From assembly GCA_026413625.1 (NCBI GenBank), contig JAOAKO010000003.1:2507-66506 (forward strand): DNA of 64,000 nt, given 5' to 3'. Positions 37,311 through 46,628 of this stretch are shown here, piece by piece. The notes beneath the pieces are model-generated. The model saw nothing but the letters and a program-made list of their open reading frames with translations. It did not search any database and was not told where the DNA came from. Every line of letters starts with the position of its first letter. Position 1 is the stretch's first letter. The translations under genes were made by a program, and so were the position numbers. The DNA is from Candidatus Micrarchaeota archaeon. Its GTDB lineage: Archaea > Micrarchaeota > Micrarchaeia > CABMEP01.

Positions 37311-37790
37311 TCAACCTATCTTTCTTATAGGGACTCCACCCACGAATTCATTTTTCTTGACATCTCGATTTACAAGTGACATGGCTGAAATCCTTGCATT
37401 GTCCATTATTTCTACCCCTGGCAAAACAGTGGTATTGGCTCCAATCATGACGTTTTTTCCTATCTTAACACGCCCGACTCTTAATTCTTCTTGGAGAAAC
37501 TCGTGAGTAAGTATTGTGGAATTGAATCCGATTATTGTATTGTCTCCTATTTCTATTAATTCTGGGAAAAAGATATCAAATGTAACTCCTAATCCAATTG
37601 CCGCGTCCTTACCAATCTTCATACCTGTCATAGCGTAAAGTATGCGTTTCAATCTTAGAGACGGCATGTATTTTGCTATATAAATCAGTATAAAGTTATA
37701 TATCAGAATAAGCGGATTTTTTGCCTTATGCCAATAATTCAGTGAGTTCTTACTGCCATGGAATCTTATTTTTTTCAATTTTCTCATCAT
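37311..37790 (-). CDS. hexapeptide-repeat (LbH) acetyltransferase
   Basis: Left-handed beta-helix repeats: IGDNTIIGFNSTIL, VKIGKNVMIGANTTVLPGVEIMDNARISAMSLV. Confidence 0.8.
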   Translation of the reverse strand: MMRKLKKIRFHGSKNSLNYWHKAKNPLILIYNFILIYIAKYMPSLRLKRILYAMTGMKIGKDAAIGLGVTFDIFFPELIEIGDNTIIGFNSTILTHEFLQEELRVGRVKIGKNVMIGANTTVLPGVEIMDNARISAMSLVNRDVKKNEFVGGVPIRKIG

Positions 37791-37894
37791 CCCACTTTGA
37801 AATCGGAATTAAATAACCAACAAAACAAAAACGTTTTTAAATTATAATGCTGTATATATGTTATCTTTATATTTACATAAATTTAAAATACGCA

Positions 37895-37934
37895 CAGATT
37901 ATTATCTGTTGCCCGTATAACCGCAATTTTGCGG
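37895..37934 (+). promoter_or_regulatory. two short hairpins in the L1-P0-P1 operon leader
   Basis: CAGAT-TATT-ATCTG lies at 37895-37908 and CCGCA-ATTT-TGCGG at 37921-37934. They sit immediately before the SD GGAGGGTG and the ATG at 37947. Confidence 0.3.
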
Positions 37935-37946
37935 GAGGGTGTTTAG

Positions 37947-38579
37947 ATGATCAATGACGAAAGTATAAAACAGGCAATATCCAAAGCTTTAGAGGAAAAA
38001 GGATCAAGAAAGTTTGTTCAGTCTTTAGAGATGGCTGTAAACTTTAAGAATATCGATATGTCAAAGCAGGAGAACAGACTGAATCTTGAAGTTCCGCTTC
38101 CAAAAGGGAGGGGTAAAAATATAAATCTCGTTGTTTTCGCTGATGGAAATGTCGCTGCAGACGCAAAGGCAGCAGGCGCTGAATTTGTAATAGGCAGCGA
38201 CCAGATTCCAAAGTACAAGAAATCAGAAATAAAAAAGCTAGCTAAGAATTCCGAATTCTTTGCGCAGCCGCAATTAATGGTTGTTGTAGGTAAGAATTTT
38301 GGTCAGATTCTGGGTGGAAGAGGAAAAATTCCAAAACCGTTAGTGGGAAACGTTTCTGCAATGCTTAAGAATGCTAGAAATATAGTTAAAGTTAGATCTA
38401 GAGGAAAATTCCTCCCGGTTGTTCACTGCCCAATAGGGACAGAAAACATGTCAGTTGAAGATCTTACTGAAAACGCCAAAGCAATTCTCAACGCAATAAG
38501 AAATAAAGTCGGCGGTGATTCTGCTATAAAGTCAGTTGTTGTTAAGCTATCTATGGGTAAGCCAGTAAAAATTGAATGA
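37947..38579 (+). CDS. rpl1: 50S ribosomal protein L1
   Basis: RKFVQSLEMAVNFKNID, the uL1 fold, and operon position upstream of P0 and P1. Confidence 0.92.
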   Translation: MINDESIKQAISKALEEKGSRKFVQSLEMAVNFKNIDMSKQENRLNLEVPLPKGRGKNINLVVFADGNVAADAKAAGAEFVIGSDQIPKYKKSEIKKLAKNSEFFAQPQLMVVVGKNFGQILGGRGKIPKPLVGNVSAMLKNARNIVKVRSRGKFLPVVHCPIGTENMSVEDLTENAKAILNAIRNKVGGDSAIKSVVVKLSMGKPVKIE

Positions 38580-38589
38580 TTAATTGGTG

Positions 38590-39435
38590 ATGTTTATGGT
38601 CAGCGCACTTGATATTAAAAAGCAAAAAGTAGCCGAGATTTCGAATCAATTAAAATCTGCAAAGGTTGTTGCAGTCATCGATTTGCACACTTTGCCTAAC
38701 GCCCTTCTTCATCAGATAAGAAAAGAGCTTAAAGCAGATGCTAAGATAATAATCTACAAAACATCTCTTTTAAGAAGAGCGCTTAGAATGGCAAAGCTTG
38801 ATTCCTTACTACCAGCGATGAAAGGAGAAAAGGCTTTGCTTATTGCAGATATGGATCCATTTAAGCTATATAAAAAGATGAATGCAAATCCACTAAAGGT
38901 TTATGCAAAGCCAGGTCAGATTGCACCTTACGATATTATCGTACCTGCAGGTGAAACACAGCTTCCACCGGGTCCTATACTTACAGAGCTTAAAAGCGCC
39001 GGAATAGACGCTAGGATACAAGGTGGAAAGGTAGCAGTAGGAAAAGATTCTCTAGTGGCAAAGAAAGGAGAGGCAATAAAAGACATAGTCGCAAAGGCAT
39101 TACAGAAGCTAGACATAAAACCTTTTGAAGTCAGAGTTCACGTGCCTTTGGCATACGAATCAGGAATTGTTTATACTGAAGAGCTACTCAACGTAGATGA
39201 GAAGAAACTACTGTCAGATTTGACAAGCGGATACTTCAACGCAAGAGCGATCTCAATGGAAATAGGATATATAACCAAAGATACGATAGAGCCTTTGATG
39301 CAGAAGGCATACCGCAATGCAAGATACATTGGAATAGAGAAAGATATCATGCTTCCTGAATTGATGGAAGAATTGATGAAGAAGGCAGCTAGACAGGCAC
39401 AGTCGGTTAACGCGTCAGTGCCACAAGCTGCATGA
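38590..39435 (+). CDS. rplP0: 50S ribosomal protein L10 (acidic stalk P0)
   Basis: KKQKVAEISNQLKSAKVVAVIDLHTLPNALLHQIRKEL, length and position support the call. The start could be 38584 (TTG), 38590 or 38596 (ATG). Confidence 0.9.
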   Translation: MFMVSALDIKKQKVAEISNQLKSAKVVAVIDLHTLPNALLHQIRKELKADAKIIIYKTSLLRRALRMAKLDSLLPAMKGEKALLIADMDPFKLYKKMNANPLKVYAKPGQIAPYDIIVPAGETQLPPGPILTELKSAGIDARIQGGKVAVGKDSLVAKKGEAIKDIVAKALQKLDIKPFEVRVHVPLAYESGIVYTEELLNVDEKKLLSDLTSGYFNARAISMEIGYITKDTIEPLMQKAYRNARYIGIEKDIMLPELMEELMKKAARQAQSVNASVPQAA

Positions 39436-39468
39436 TCATCAAAAGATATATGTTTTTGAGGTGAATTT

Positions 39469-39768
39469 ATGGAATATATATACGCTGCTTTGTTGTTGCA
39501 CGCAGGCAAGAAAGAGATAACTGAAGATGCATTGAATGCAACCGTTAAGGCTGCAGGTTTGACACCAGACCCTGCAAAGGCTAAAATGGTAGTCACTGCT
39601 CTTCAGGGTGCAAATATAGATGAAATGTTAAAGAACGCTTCAATGCCAGTTGCAGTTGCAGCACCAGCTGCAGGCGCAGCACCGGCTGAAGCAAAGAAAG
39701 AAGAAAAGAAGGAAGAGAAGAAAACTGAAGAAGAGGCGGCAGCAGGACTCGGTAGCCTGTTCGGCTGA
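39469..39768 (+). CDS. rpl12: 50S ribosomal protein L12 (stalk P1)
   Basis: [19 protein letters not shown] is followed by an Ala/Pro hinge and the acidic tail [22 protein letters not shown]. Confidence 0.9.
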   Translation: MEYIYAALLLHAGKKEITEDALNATVKAAGLTPDPAKAKMVVTALQGANIDEMLKNASMPVAVAAPAAGAAPAEAKKEEKKEEKKTEEEAAAGLGSLFG

Positions 39769-39810
39769 TCTTCTTTTTCTTTTTTATTTATTGTTTATTC
39801 TTCCTTTGTT

Positions 39811-40611
39811 TTAATAACTATATATTTCGCTCCAGATCATCCTTGCTACTATTTTAATAAGACTTGTTTCATTTTTTATTTTTTCTATGTCCTCTAATAA
39901 TTTTCTCTTTATTTCATCTCTTTTTGATGGGTTTCTTTCAGCTTTCTTTGTTGCGGATTCTATTTTTCGTTTAATGATGCTTTTCTTAATCGATTCCATA
40001 TCACTTACATCTATAAGATTTTTTTGCTTTTTTTCTTCAATATATCGAATAGTTTCTTCTTTTAATTTCCCGTTTCTAGCTGCAAATAACGGAATTAGCT
40101 TTCGCCATCCATTTGCAGATAAATCTACATTAAGGAGACCAATCTGATAACATTTTTCGCTTTCAAAGTTGACATTGATCAATCCAATCATTACTGCATT
40201 CTTCGCGCTAATTACAAAGTTAATAAGCGACAAAGCTCCTGTTGTGGAACGTTCTCCCGCTATACCGATGTAATTAAATCGCGTACCGCAGATAAAACCT
40301 TTTTCAGAAATACCAACAAAGTTAATTTTACCTGTTGTAAGAGATCTCGCTTTTCCTATTATATTAACCAATCCTAATTCACATGGGCCCCCGTTATTAA
40401 ATACATTTATAGCTCCTAATGAAATATATCTATTCATTTCAGAGCTTCTATCTAAGTTCAGAATTCCAACCCTAAACTTACTTTCGTTGCCGCACTTACC
40501 TTCTATTTTCGTTTCAGTAGTCCACCCAATCAGATTCTTCGGATTCTCTGTATATTTAATAAATATATTATCTTCACATTTATTTTTTCCAATATTCATA
40601 TAATTATCCAT
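39811..40611 (-). CDS. hypothetical protein with degenerate G-[ILV]-[ILV]-N repeats and Lys-rich helical tail
   Basis: Eight spaced motifs are present: VGILNL, LGAINV, LGLVNI, INFVGI, FNYIGI, LSLINF, IGLINV, IGLLNV. The C-terminal ~90 aa are charged and helical. Confidence 0.6.
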   Translation of the reverse strand: MDNYMNIGKNKCEDNIFIKYTENPKNLIGWTTETKIEGKCGNESKFRVGILNLDRSSEMNRYISLGAINVFNNGGPCELGLVNIIGKARSLTTGKINFVGISEKGFICGTRFNYIGIAGERSTTGALSLINFVISAKNAVMIGLINVNFESEKCYQIGLLNVDLSANGWRKLIPLFAARNGKLKEETIRYIEEKKQKNLIDVSDMESIKKSIIKRKIESATKKAERNPSKRDEIKRKLLEDIEKIKNETSLIKIVARMIWSEIYSY

Positions 40612-40832
40612 AACATCCCCTTAACAATATTAGTACAAAAGATATATATAAATTTTTGCTTTCATTGGCTTTGTAGAAATCGTCTAGCATAAATCAGGAT
40701 TTCTTTTCTCTGGCCGATTAAATGACCGGCTTAATATTTTCTCTATCACTATAAATAGGCTCATCTCTTTATTTTTAAAGACAGAGTGAATAAGCCTCAT
40801 GTTTTTAAATTTTAATTTTGCATTATTAACTT

Positions 40833-41945
40833 ATGGAAAAGAAACCCCAGCTAGGTAAGGAATCAAACATCGAAAATATACTAATAGTTGCTGCACTCAC
40901 ATCAGCCAAAAAAGAAGAAGAGAGAGGTTTAGATGACCCATCAAAACTGAGATATGCATCAACGATAGAAATAAGTAAAAGAACAGAAGAGTTGTTATTC
41001 AAAAATATTGGCAATAGACCAACCGGATATGAGCTGTTAAAACACTTAAAAGAGCAAGATCTAACCATCTTCTTACTTCACGAGGCGAGTATACTGGAAA
41101 ACATACTAATAAAACAACAACCGGGAATGCCGACCGTAATCAAATTCTACTTTGATCCGAAAATAAAGTTCTTTTCCCTTACTCCGGATGCCGAGAAAGT
41201 TATAGAACTAATTCTTAGAATTGAAAATACGAAAAGACAGAATTTCAAGTATACATTTATTGTAAGCACAAACGACATCAATGCGCTGATTAGCGAAATT
41301 CAAAAATATATAAAAGATCAGGTTAAATTTATTCAGACTGGCAAGAACCAATATAGTATAACAATCTTAAGGGGAAACCCGGAAATAAACGAAATAAGCG
41401 AAAGAGCGAAATTAATCGCTAAGATGTGTATTATCAACATAGCTATAAACAAAAAAAAATTTGTAAACCTTTTGGCGAAACAATGGGATATGCCGTATAA
41501 TAAATTCGAGAGCAGGAGGGCAATTGAAGATCATTTTTCAACATTGAAATGGAATATTTGGAATAAAGTAGAAAATCAACTTCCACCAAAAATCAGGGAG
41601 GCCATAATTAAAAAAAGACAGGAGCTTTTACCAAAGGAAAGGCTAGAACAAATAAAAATCGAGCAAAAAATTCAAAAAAGGTACAAATCATTAGACGAAA
41701 TCGTAGTTCTGGTCAAGGAAAATATAAAGCAAACTGATAAAAAAAACATAAAATCTGAGCTCAAACTACTTCTCAAAGAAATCAAAAAAGTCATAAAATT
41801 GAACGAAGACGATGAAGCTAAAGCAAGAAAAGAAATTGAAATGTATATTGCCAAAAATTTGGATGAAAACTGGTATAATCAATTCCAAGAAATCATAAAA
41901 TTAAGGTCATTTCTTCATTCAAAATATCCAAAGGCTTTTGATTGA
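40833..41945 (+). CDS. hypothetical protein (orphan, Lys-rich, 370 aa)
   Basis: Clean long ORF with no recognised motif. The C-terminal third is a highly charged helical region. Confidence 0.6.
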   Translation: MEKKPQLGKESNIENILIVAALTSAKKEEERGLDDPSKLRYASTIEISKRTEELLFKNIGNRPTGYELLKHLKEQDLTIFLLHEASILENILIKQQPGMPTVIKFYFDPKIKFFSLTPDAEKVIELILRIENTKRQNFKYTFIVSTNDINALISEIQKYIKDQVKFIQTGKNQYSITILRGNPEINEISERAKLIAKMCIINIAINKKKFVNLLAKQWDMPYNKFESRRAIEDHFSTLKWNIWNKVENQLPPKIREAIIKKRQELLPKERLEQIKIEQKIQKRYKSLDEIVVLVKENIKQTDKKNIKSELKLLLKEIKKVIKLNEDDEAKARKEIEMYIAKNLDENWYNQFQEIIKLRSFLHSKYPKAFD

Positions 41946-41949
41946 GGCT

Positions 41950-42657
41950 TTATTTTAAAAATCGTATTATTCTTCCATTTAATCTGTTCAGGTTTATTTC
42001 AATATTCCCTTTTTGTATTCCGATCGGCTTTCCGAATCCCTTTTTAATCGCTTTCCTATAATCTTCAATATTATTTGCGTCTGCGAACGTATAGACAGTT
42101 CCTATCTCTCTAAACGTATGGGCGTCGCTGCCTCCGATTTGTGGTATTTTGTATTCGCTTGCATAATCCATGCTTTTTGCGTTTTCAAACGCATTACACC
42201 TTCCGTTCATAGTTTCGATCGCATCGAATTTTATTTTATTTTTAGCTAAGTAGTAAATAATCTTTTGTGTCCTGAAAAATATACTAAATGGATGAGGTAC
42301 TGCTATTATTCCATTCCTATCGTGAATTTGGTCTGCTATCTCATGGAGATTAGAAATATTTTGTTCTTCTTTTTTAATTTTAATATCTTCGTCTAAGAAT
42401 AGAGCAAGAATTTCACCTACTTTCCTTCCCTTTTTTTCTTTTGGTCTTATAGGTTCTCTAATTACAATCTCTTTTCCAGGTATAAACGTTAATTCAAGAT
42501 CCCTTGCTGCTTTTTTAGCCCTTGTCCATCCAGAAATAGAATCATGATCTGTCAATGCAAATCCGCTGAGTCCTAGCGCCTTTATTCTAGACGCGATCTG
42601 TTCAGGGCTGCAGCATCCGTCTGAATATACTGAATGGATATGGAGGTCAATTTTCAT
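41950..42657 (-). CDS. PHP-domain metal-dependent phosphoesterase
   Basis: MKIDLHIHSVYSDG, LTDHDS and GGSDAHT are present. Confidence 0.85.
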   Translation of the reverse strand: MKIDLHIHSVYSDGCCSPEQIASRIKALGLSGFALTDHDSISGWTRAKKAARDLELTFIPGKEIVIREPIRPKEKKGRKVGEILALFLDEDIKIKKEEQNISNLHEIADQIHDRNGIIAVPHPFSIFFRTQKIIYYLAKNKIKFDAIETMNGRCNAFENAKSMDYASEYKIPQIGGSDAHTFREIGTVYTFADANNIEDYRKAIKKGFGKPIGIQKGNIEINLNRLNGRIIRFLK

Positions 42658-42708
42658 TGATTATCTATTGTATGGTAAGATTTTATATCTTAATTGTCAA
42701 TAAATAAT

Positions 42709-43209
42709 ATGGCGAATATTGGTAAAGAAGACGACATAGATAGGTTTTATCTTTCATGGGAAAAAATAGAAGAAATGTGCCAGAAAATTGCATCGGAAAT
42801 AAATAAGAAAAACATCAAAATCGACAAAATAATAGCCATAAGTCGAGGCGGGCTGATTCCAGGTAGAATACTTTCCAGCCTTCTTAGAAATAAGAATCTG
42901 TCTACAATAAGAGTAACATTCTACACAAAGCCGGGGGTTGCAAAAGACAAGCCACACCTTGCCGAGGACTTATCAACCGACATAACAGATAAAACAGTAC
43001 TTATCGTAGATGACGTGGTCGAATCAGGAAAAACACTTTCACTTACATACAATTATTTGAAAGAGAGAGGCGCTAAAAAAATTTATACTGCAGCACTCTT
43101 CGACAAACATGTAGACGGAAAAGAAAAGCTGACATCTCCCGATTTCTTTTGCGAAAAAATAAGCAATAAATGGATAGTTTATCCCTGGGAAAAGTTTGAC
43201 GAAGAATGA
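42709..43209 (+). CDS. purine phosphoribosyltransferase (type I PRT)
   Basis: The PRPP-binding motif is VLIVDDVVESGKTL. Size is ~166 aa. The ATG at 42709 is preferred to the TTG at 42694. Confidence 0.8.
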   Translation: MANIGKEDDIDRFYLSWEKIEEMCQKIASEINKKNIKIDKIIAISRGGLIPGRILSSLLRNKNLSTIRVTFYTKPGVAKDKPHLAEDLSTDITDKTVLIVDDVVESGKTLSLTYNYLKERGAKKIYTAALFDKHVDGKEKLTSPDFFCEKISNKWIVYPWEKFDEE

Positions 43210-43210
43210 A

Positions 43211-43864
43211 CTAGTTTTTTTCCATTTCGGGATATCCGAATTTTCCAACTAAGGGAACAAACATAACTGGAAGCAGGTTTTTCATTCTTATTTTTCCAGT
43301 GCCATCTTTTTCAACTAAAATTAAATCTTGCCAGTAGGAGACACCTATGGGTATTATCATTTTGCCACCGTTTTTAAGCTGTTCGAGCAAAGGTTTGGGT
43401 ATCTCTGGAGCGCTTGCAGATACGATTATTCTGTCGTAAGGCGCATTTTCAGGCCAACCTTGCGTTCCGTCTCCAGTTTTGATTACAATATTTTTAATTT
43501 TAATTTCTGAAATTCTCTGCCTAGCCTTTTCAGCCAACTCCTTTATCCGCTCTATTGAAAATACCTTTCCATTTTCGCCAACAAGCTTTCCCAACAATGC
43601 AGTTTGCCATCCAGAACCAGTTCCGATCTCAAGGACATTTATACCTTCCTTAACATCAAGCTCTTTCATCATAATTCCAACTATAGACGGGGCGGAGATA
43701 GTTTGCCCAAAACCAATAGGCAAAGGCAAGTCTATATAGCTTGATTCTTTTAGCGGTCCCTCTATAAAATATTCTCTTTTTATCTCTTCCATTGCCTTTG
43801 CGATTCTTTCATCTATAAAATTATTTTTAAGAAGATAATCTATCATTATCTTGTTTTTATCCAT
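43211..43864 (-). CDS. pcm: protein-L-isoaspartate O-methyltransferase
   Basis: QTISAPSIVGIMMKELDV and the SAM motif VLEIGTGSGWQTALL are present. Confidence 0.9.
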   Translation of the reverse strand: MDKNKIMIDYLLKNNFIDERIAKAMEEIKREYFIEGPLKESSYIDLPLPIGFGQTISAPSIVGIMMKELDVKEGINVLEIGTGSGWQTALLGKLVGENGKVFSIERIKELAEKARQRISEIKIKNIVIKTGDGTQGWPENAPYDRIIVSASAPEIPKPLLEQLKNGGKMIIPIGVSYWQDLILVEKDGTGKIRMKNLLPVMFVPLVGKFGYPEMEKN

Positions 43865-43939
43865 AAAATGCTTTTAAGTAAAGAATATATAACCCTTTAG
43901 TTATAGATATATACGTAATTTCGTGTTTTAGGTGTTTTT

Positions 43940-44128
43940 ATGCAATGCACAATCAACGGAAAGAAAGATTATTTTACTTTCAGCGGCCAGGTTAAAGAGC
44001 TGCTTCAAAAGTTAGGCATAAACGAGCAAATCGTCATAGTTAAGGTAAATGGAAAAATAGTTACGGAATTGGATAAAGTAAACGACAGCGATATTGTTGA
44101 AATACAGAAGGTCATACTTGGCGGTTAG
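43940..44128 (+). CDS. ThiS/MoaD/TtuB-like ubiquitin-fold sulfur carrier ending in Gly-Gly
   Basis: 62 aa ending ...IQKVILGG-stop. It lies directly upstream of the TtuA/NcsA-type thiolase. Confidence 0.7.
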   Translation: MQCTINGKKDYFTFSGQVKELLQKLGINEQIVIVKVNGKIVTELDKVNDSDIVEIQKVILGG

Positions 44129-44138
44129 GGATGGTAAA

Positions 44139-45080
44139 ATGGTCAAATGCTCATTGTGCAATAAGTCAGCGGTAATTCATCTTTCATATGCAAACTCAAG
44201 CCTTTGCGAAAAGCATCTCATCCATTCTGTAGAGCGAAGAGTAAAGCGAACAATCAGAGAATACAAGATGCTTGATGGAGCGAAGCATATAGGGGTTGCC
44301 ATTTCAGGAGGAAAAGACAGCCAAGTCTTGCTCTACATTTTGCACAAAATAGCCAAACCAATGAGAATAAAGGTTACAGCGATTCTTGTAGACGAGGGAA
44401 TAGAGGGGTATAGGGACAAGATAATTCCAGAAGCAAAAAAGCTCACTTCAGACCTTGGAGTTCCCTTGGAAATAGTCTCATTCAAGGAGCTGACCAACTA
44501 TTCGCTGGACGAAATAATGAAGATGCAAAAAAACCAGCGAGGGGAATCATCGTGCACTTTTTGCGGTGTTTTCAGAAGGTATGCCATAAATAAAGTTGCG
44601 AAGATGCTCAAAGTTGACAGACTTGCCATAGGGCACAATCTGGATGACATGGTTCAGAGCTACATGATGAACATCCTAAGGAATGAGGATTTGTTATTCA
44701 GATTTAAGCCGATCGGCGGTGCGATAGAAGATGAACGATTTGTCATGAGAATACGTCCTCTTTTTAGGATCCCTGAAAAGGAAATAGCGGTTTATGCAGT
44801 TTTGAAGGGATTCAAATCTGTTTTCGTTGAATGCCCTTACGTGAACGAAGGTCTTAGGCCGATGGTCAGAGATTTTGTAAATTCATTAGAGTCAAAATAC
44901 CCCGGAACAAAATTTAAGATTCTTCAAAATTATTTAGAGGTAAGCAAGAAAATTTCAGACCAATTTTATAGTTCAGAGGAAGGAAAAAAAATAAACTCAT
45001 GCTCGATTTGCGGAGAGCCAACCTCTTCTTCAGTATGCAAGACATGTTCCTTACTAAGTAAATTGCTGAGAAAAGAATAG
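44139..45080 (+). CDS. ttuA: tRNA 2-thiolation protein (TtuA/NcsA family PP-loop ATPase)
   Basis: The N-terminal zinc finger is CSLCNK..CEKH and the PP-loop is AISGGKDS. The Fe-S ligand region is CTFCGVFRR and the C-terminal zinc finger is CSICGEP..CKTC. The ATG at 44139 follows the upstream stop. Confidence 0.85.
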   Translation: MVKCSLCNKSAVIHLSYANSSLCEKHLIHSVERRVKRTIREYKMLDGAKHIGVAISGGKDSQVLLYILHKIAKPMRIKVTAILVDEGIEGYRDKIIPEAKKLTSDLGVPLEIVSFKELTNYSLDEIMKMQKNQRGESSCTFCGVFRRYAINKVAKMLKVDRLAIGHNLDDMVQSYMMNILRNEDLLFRFKPIGGAIEDERFVMRIRPLFRIPEKEIAVYAVLKGFKSVFVECPYVNEGLRPMVRDFVNSLESKYPGTKFKILQNYLEVSKKISDQFYSSEEGKKINSCSICGEPTSSSVCKTCSLLSKLLRKE

Positions 45081-45096
45081 ATGAATTTCAAACCAT

Positions 45097-45840
45097 TCAT
45101 AAATTCCATATTATTTTTGTAACCTGTGTAAGCTCCTCAACCATAAAGTCTGCTTTTGGCCCCTTCACTTCTTCTGTATTGCATTTTCTATTCAAATGAA
45201 CTGTTATCATTCCGGCATCCTTTGAAGGTTCGATATCGTTAGAATAGCTGTCTCCAACCATCATTATCTCCTTAACGTCTTTATTTAGCTTTGATGCAAT
45301 CCACAGGAAATACTCTTTTGTCTTAATCTCAATGCTATGCTGCATTTTGTTTTCGTTCACATACTGTTCGGTCACAAATATTTCGTCTATCAGCCTGTTA
45401 AGATTTGCCCAGTTTATTTTGTCTATCTGTTTATGTGTCATCCCAGCAGTTGCAATTCCTATTGTTATTCCGTTGCTTTTCAGAGCAGTAAGCGTCTCTA
45501 TAACTTCGTTATACAGATATGCGAAGTATGCATATTTTGTTTTGTGGTGTGCGCTTATACCTGCGGTTGCTATTCTATCAATTTTTAGCTGGTCGTTTAT
45601 TCCAAGATTCCTGCAAACAATTAGGGCGGTTTCGTCAATAAGCTTTCCGTAGTTGGATCCCTTTTCTTTTCTTATCTTATCCATGGTCTCTTCTAAAACC
45701 TTTCTTGATAGTTTTATTCTGAATTTTTCAGTTGCTTCAGACTGCATTCCAATTATTACTGCCCGCTTTGAAAGCTCTTTGAATTCGTTTGTATTTACAA
45801 GAGTATTGTCCCAATCAAACAAAACAGTTGAAATTTTCAT
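45097..45840 (-). CDS. HAD-superfamily hydrolase
   Basis: Motif I is VLFDWDNTLV, followed by a cap domain and MVGDSYSNDI. The ATG at 45840 is preferred to the one at 45882. Confidence 0.75.
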   Translation of the reverse strand: MKISTVLFDWDNTLVNTNEFKELSKRAVIIGMQSEATEKFRIKLSRKVLEETMDKIRKEKGSNYGKLIDETALIVCRNLGINDQLKIDRIATAGISAHHKTKYAYFAYLYNEVIETLTALKSNGITIGIATAGMTHKQIDKINWANLNRLIDEIFVTEQYVNENKMQHSIEIKTKEYFLWIASKLNKDVKEIMMVGDSYSNDIEPSKDAGMITVHLNRKCNTEEVKGPKADFMVEELTQVTKIIWNL

Positions 45841-45900
45841 AAAATAGTCAAACAAGACAGGTATAAATACATTTCGCCACAAATATTTTTAGGGATTTAA

Positions 45901-46575
45901 ATGGGAGATAGCAGGAAGATAAAAGCAATAATCTTCGACATGGACAATACGCTTTTAGAACTGAATGTAGACTGGTATGGGTTGACAAGAGATATAGACT
46001 ACGAATATTTTCAAGGTAAATATTCGCATCTGACACCACATAAATTCTTTGTAGCTTTCTTCTCTAAACTGCTTGACAAGCTGACAAAAAGGCAGCAGAA
46101 AGAAATAAGGGAAAAGAGACTTGAAAAAGAAATGGAAGGATTGGCAACAGGAACATGCTTTCCATACAGAGGAATTCTCAAATCGTTAAGCAAAAAATAC
46201 AAGTTAGCAGTTGTGTCCGGAAATTATCGTCCTACTGTCATCAAAGCTTTGAAGAGATGCGGATTTAGGCCATATATTAATGCAATAGTCAGCATAGACG
46301 ATGTTCCGGAATCAAAACCTTCTCCACTTCCATTGCTTAGGGCATTGAAGATGCTGAAAGTAAAACCAAGTCAAGCAGTATATATAGGCGACCACCCGGA
46401 TGACATCAAGGCAGCGAGAAACGCAGGAATGTACGCAATAGGCGTCTTGACATATAAAAGAAAATATGATCAGCTTAATAAGGAGTCGCCAGACATAATA
46501 ATCAACAACTTATTTGAACTGGAAAGCGCAATAAATAAATTAGAATTCAGATTGCAAAATAAATACGTGAGATAA
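45901..46575 (+). CDS. HAD-superfamily phosphatase (PGP/beta-PGM-like)
   Basis: IIFDMDNTLL, VVSGN and YIGDHPDDIKAARNAG are present. Confidence 0.8.
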   Translation: MGDSRKIKAIIFDMDNTLLELNVDWYGLTRDIDYEYFQGKYSHLTPHKFFVAFFSKLLDKLTKRQQKEIREKRLEKEMEGLATGTCFPYRGILKSLSKKYKLAVVSGNYRPTVIKALKRCGFRPYINAIVSIDDVPESKPSPLPLLRALKMLKVKPSQAVYIGDHPDDIKAARNAGMYAIGVLTYKRKYDQLNKESPDIIINNLFELESAINKLEFRLQNKYVR

Positions 46576-46628
46576 GTAGTACATCAAATGTTAAGATCTA
46601 ATATGATTAAACTATATCAGGTGATAAT

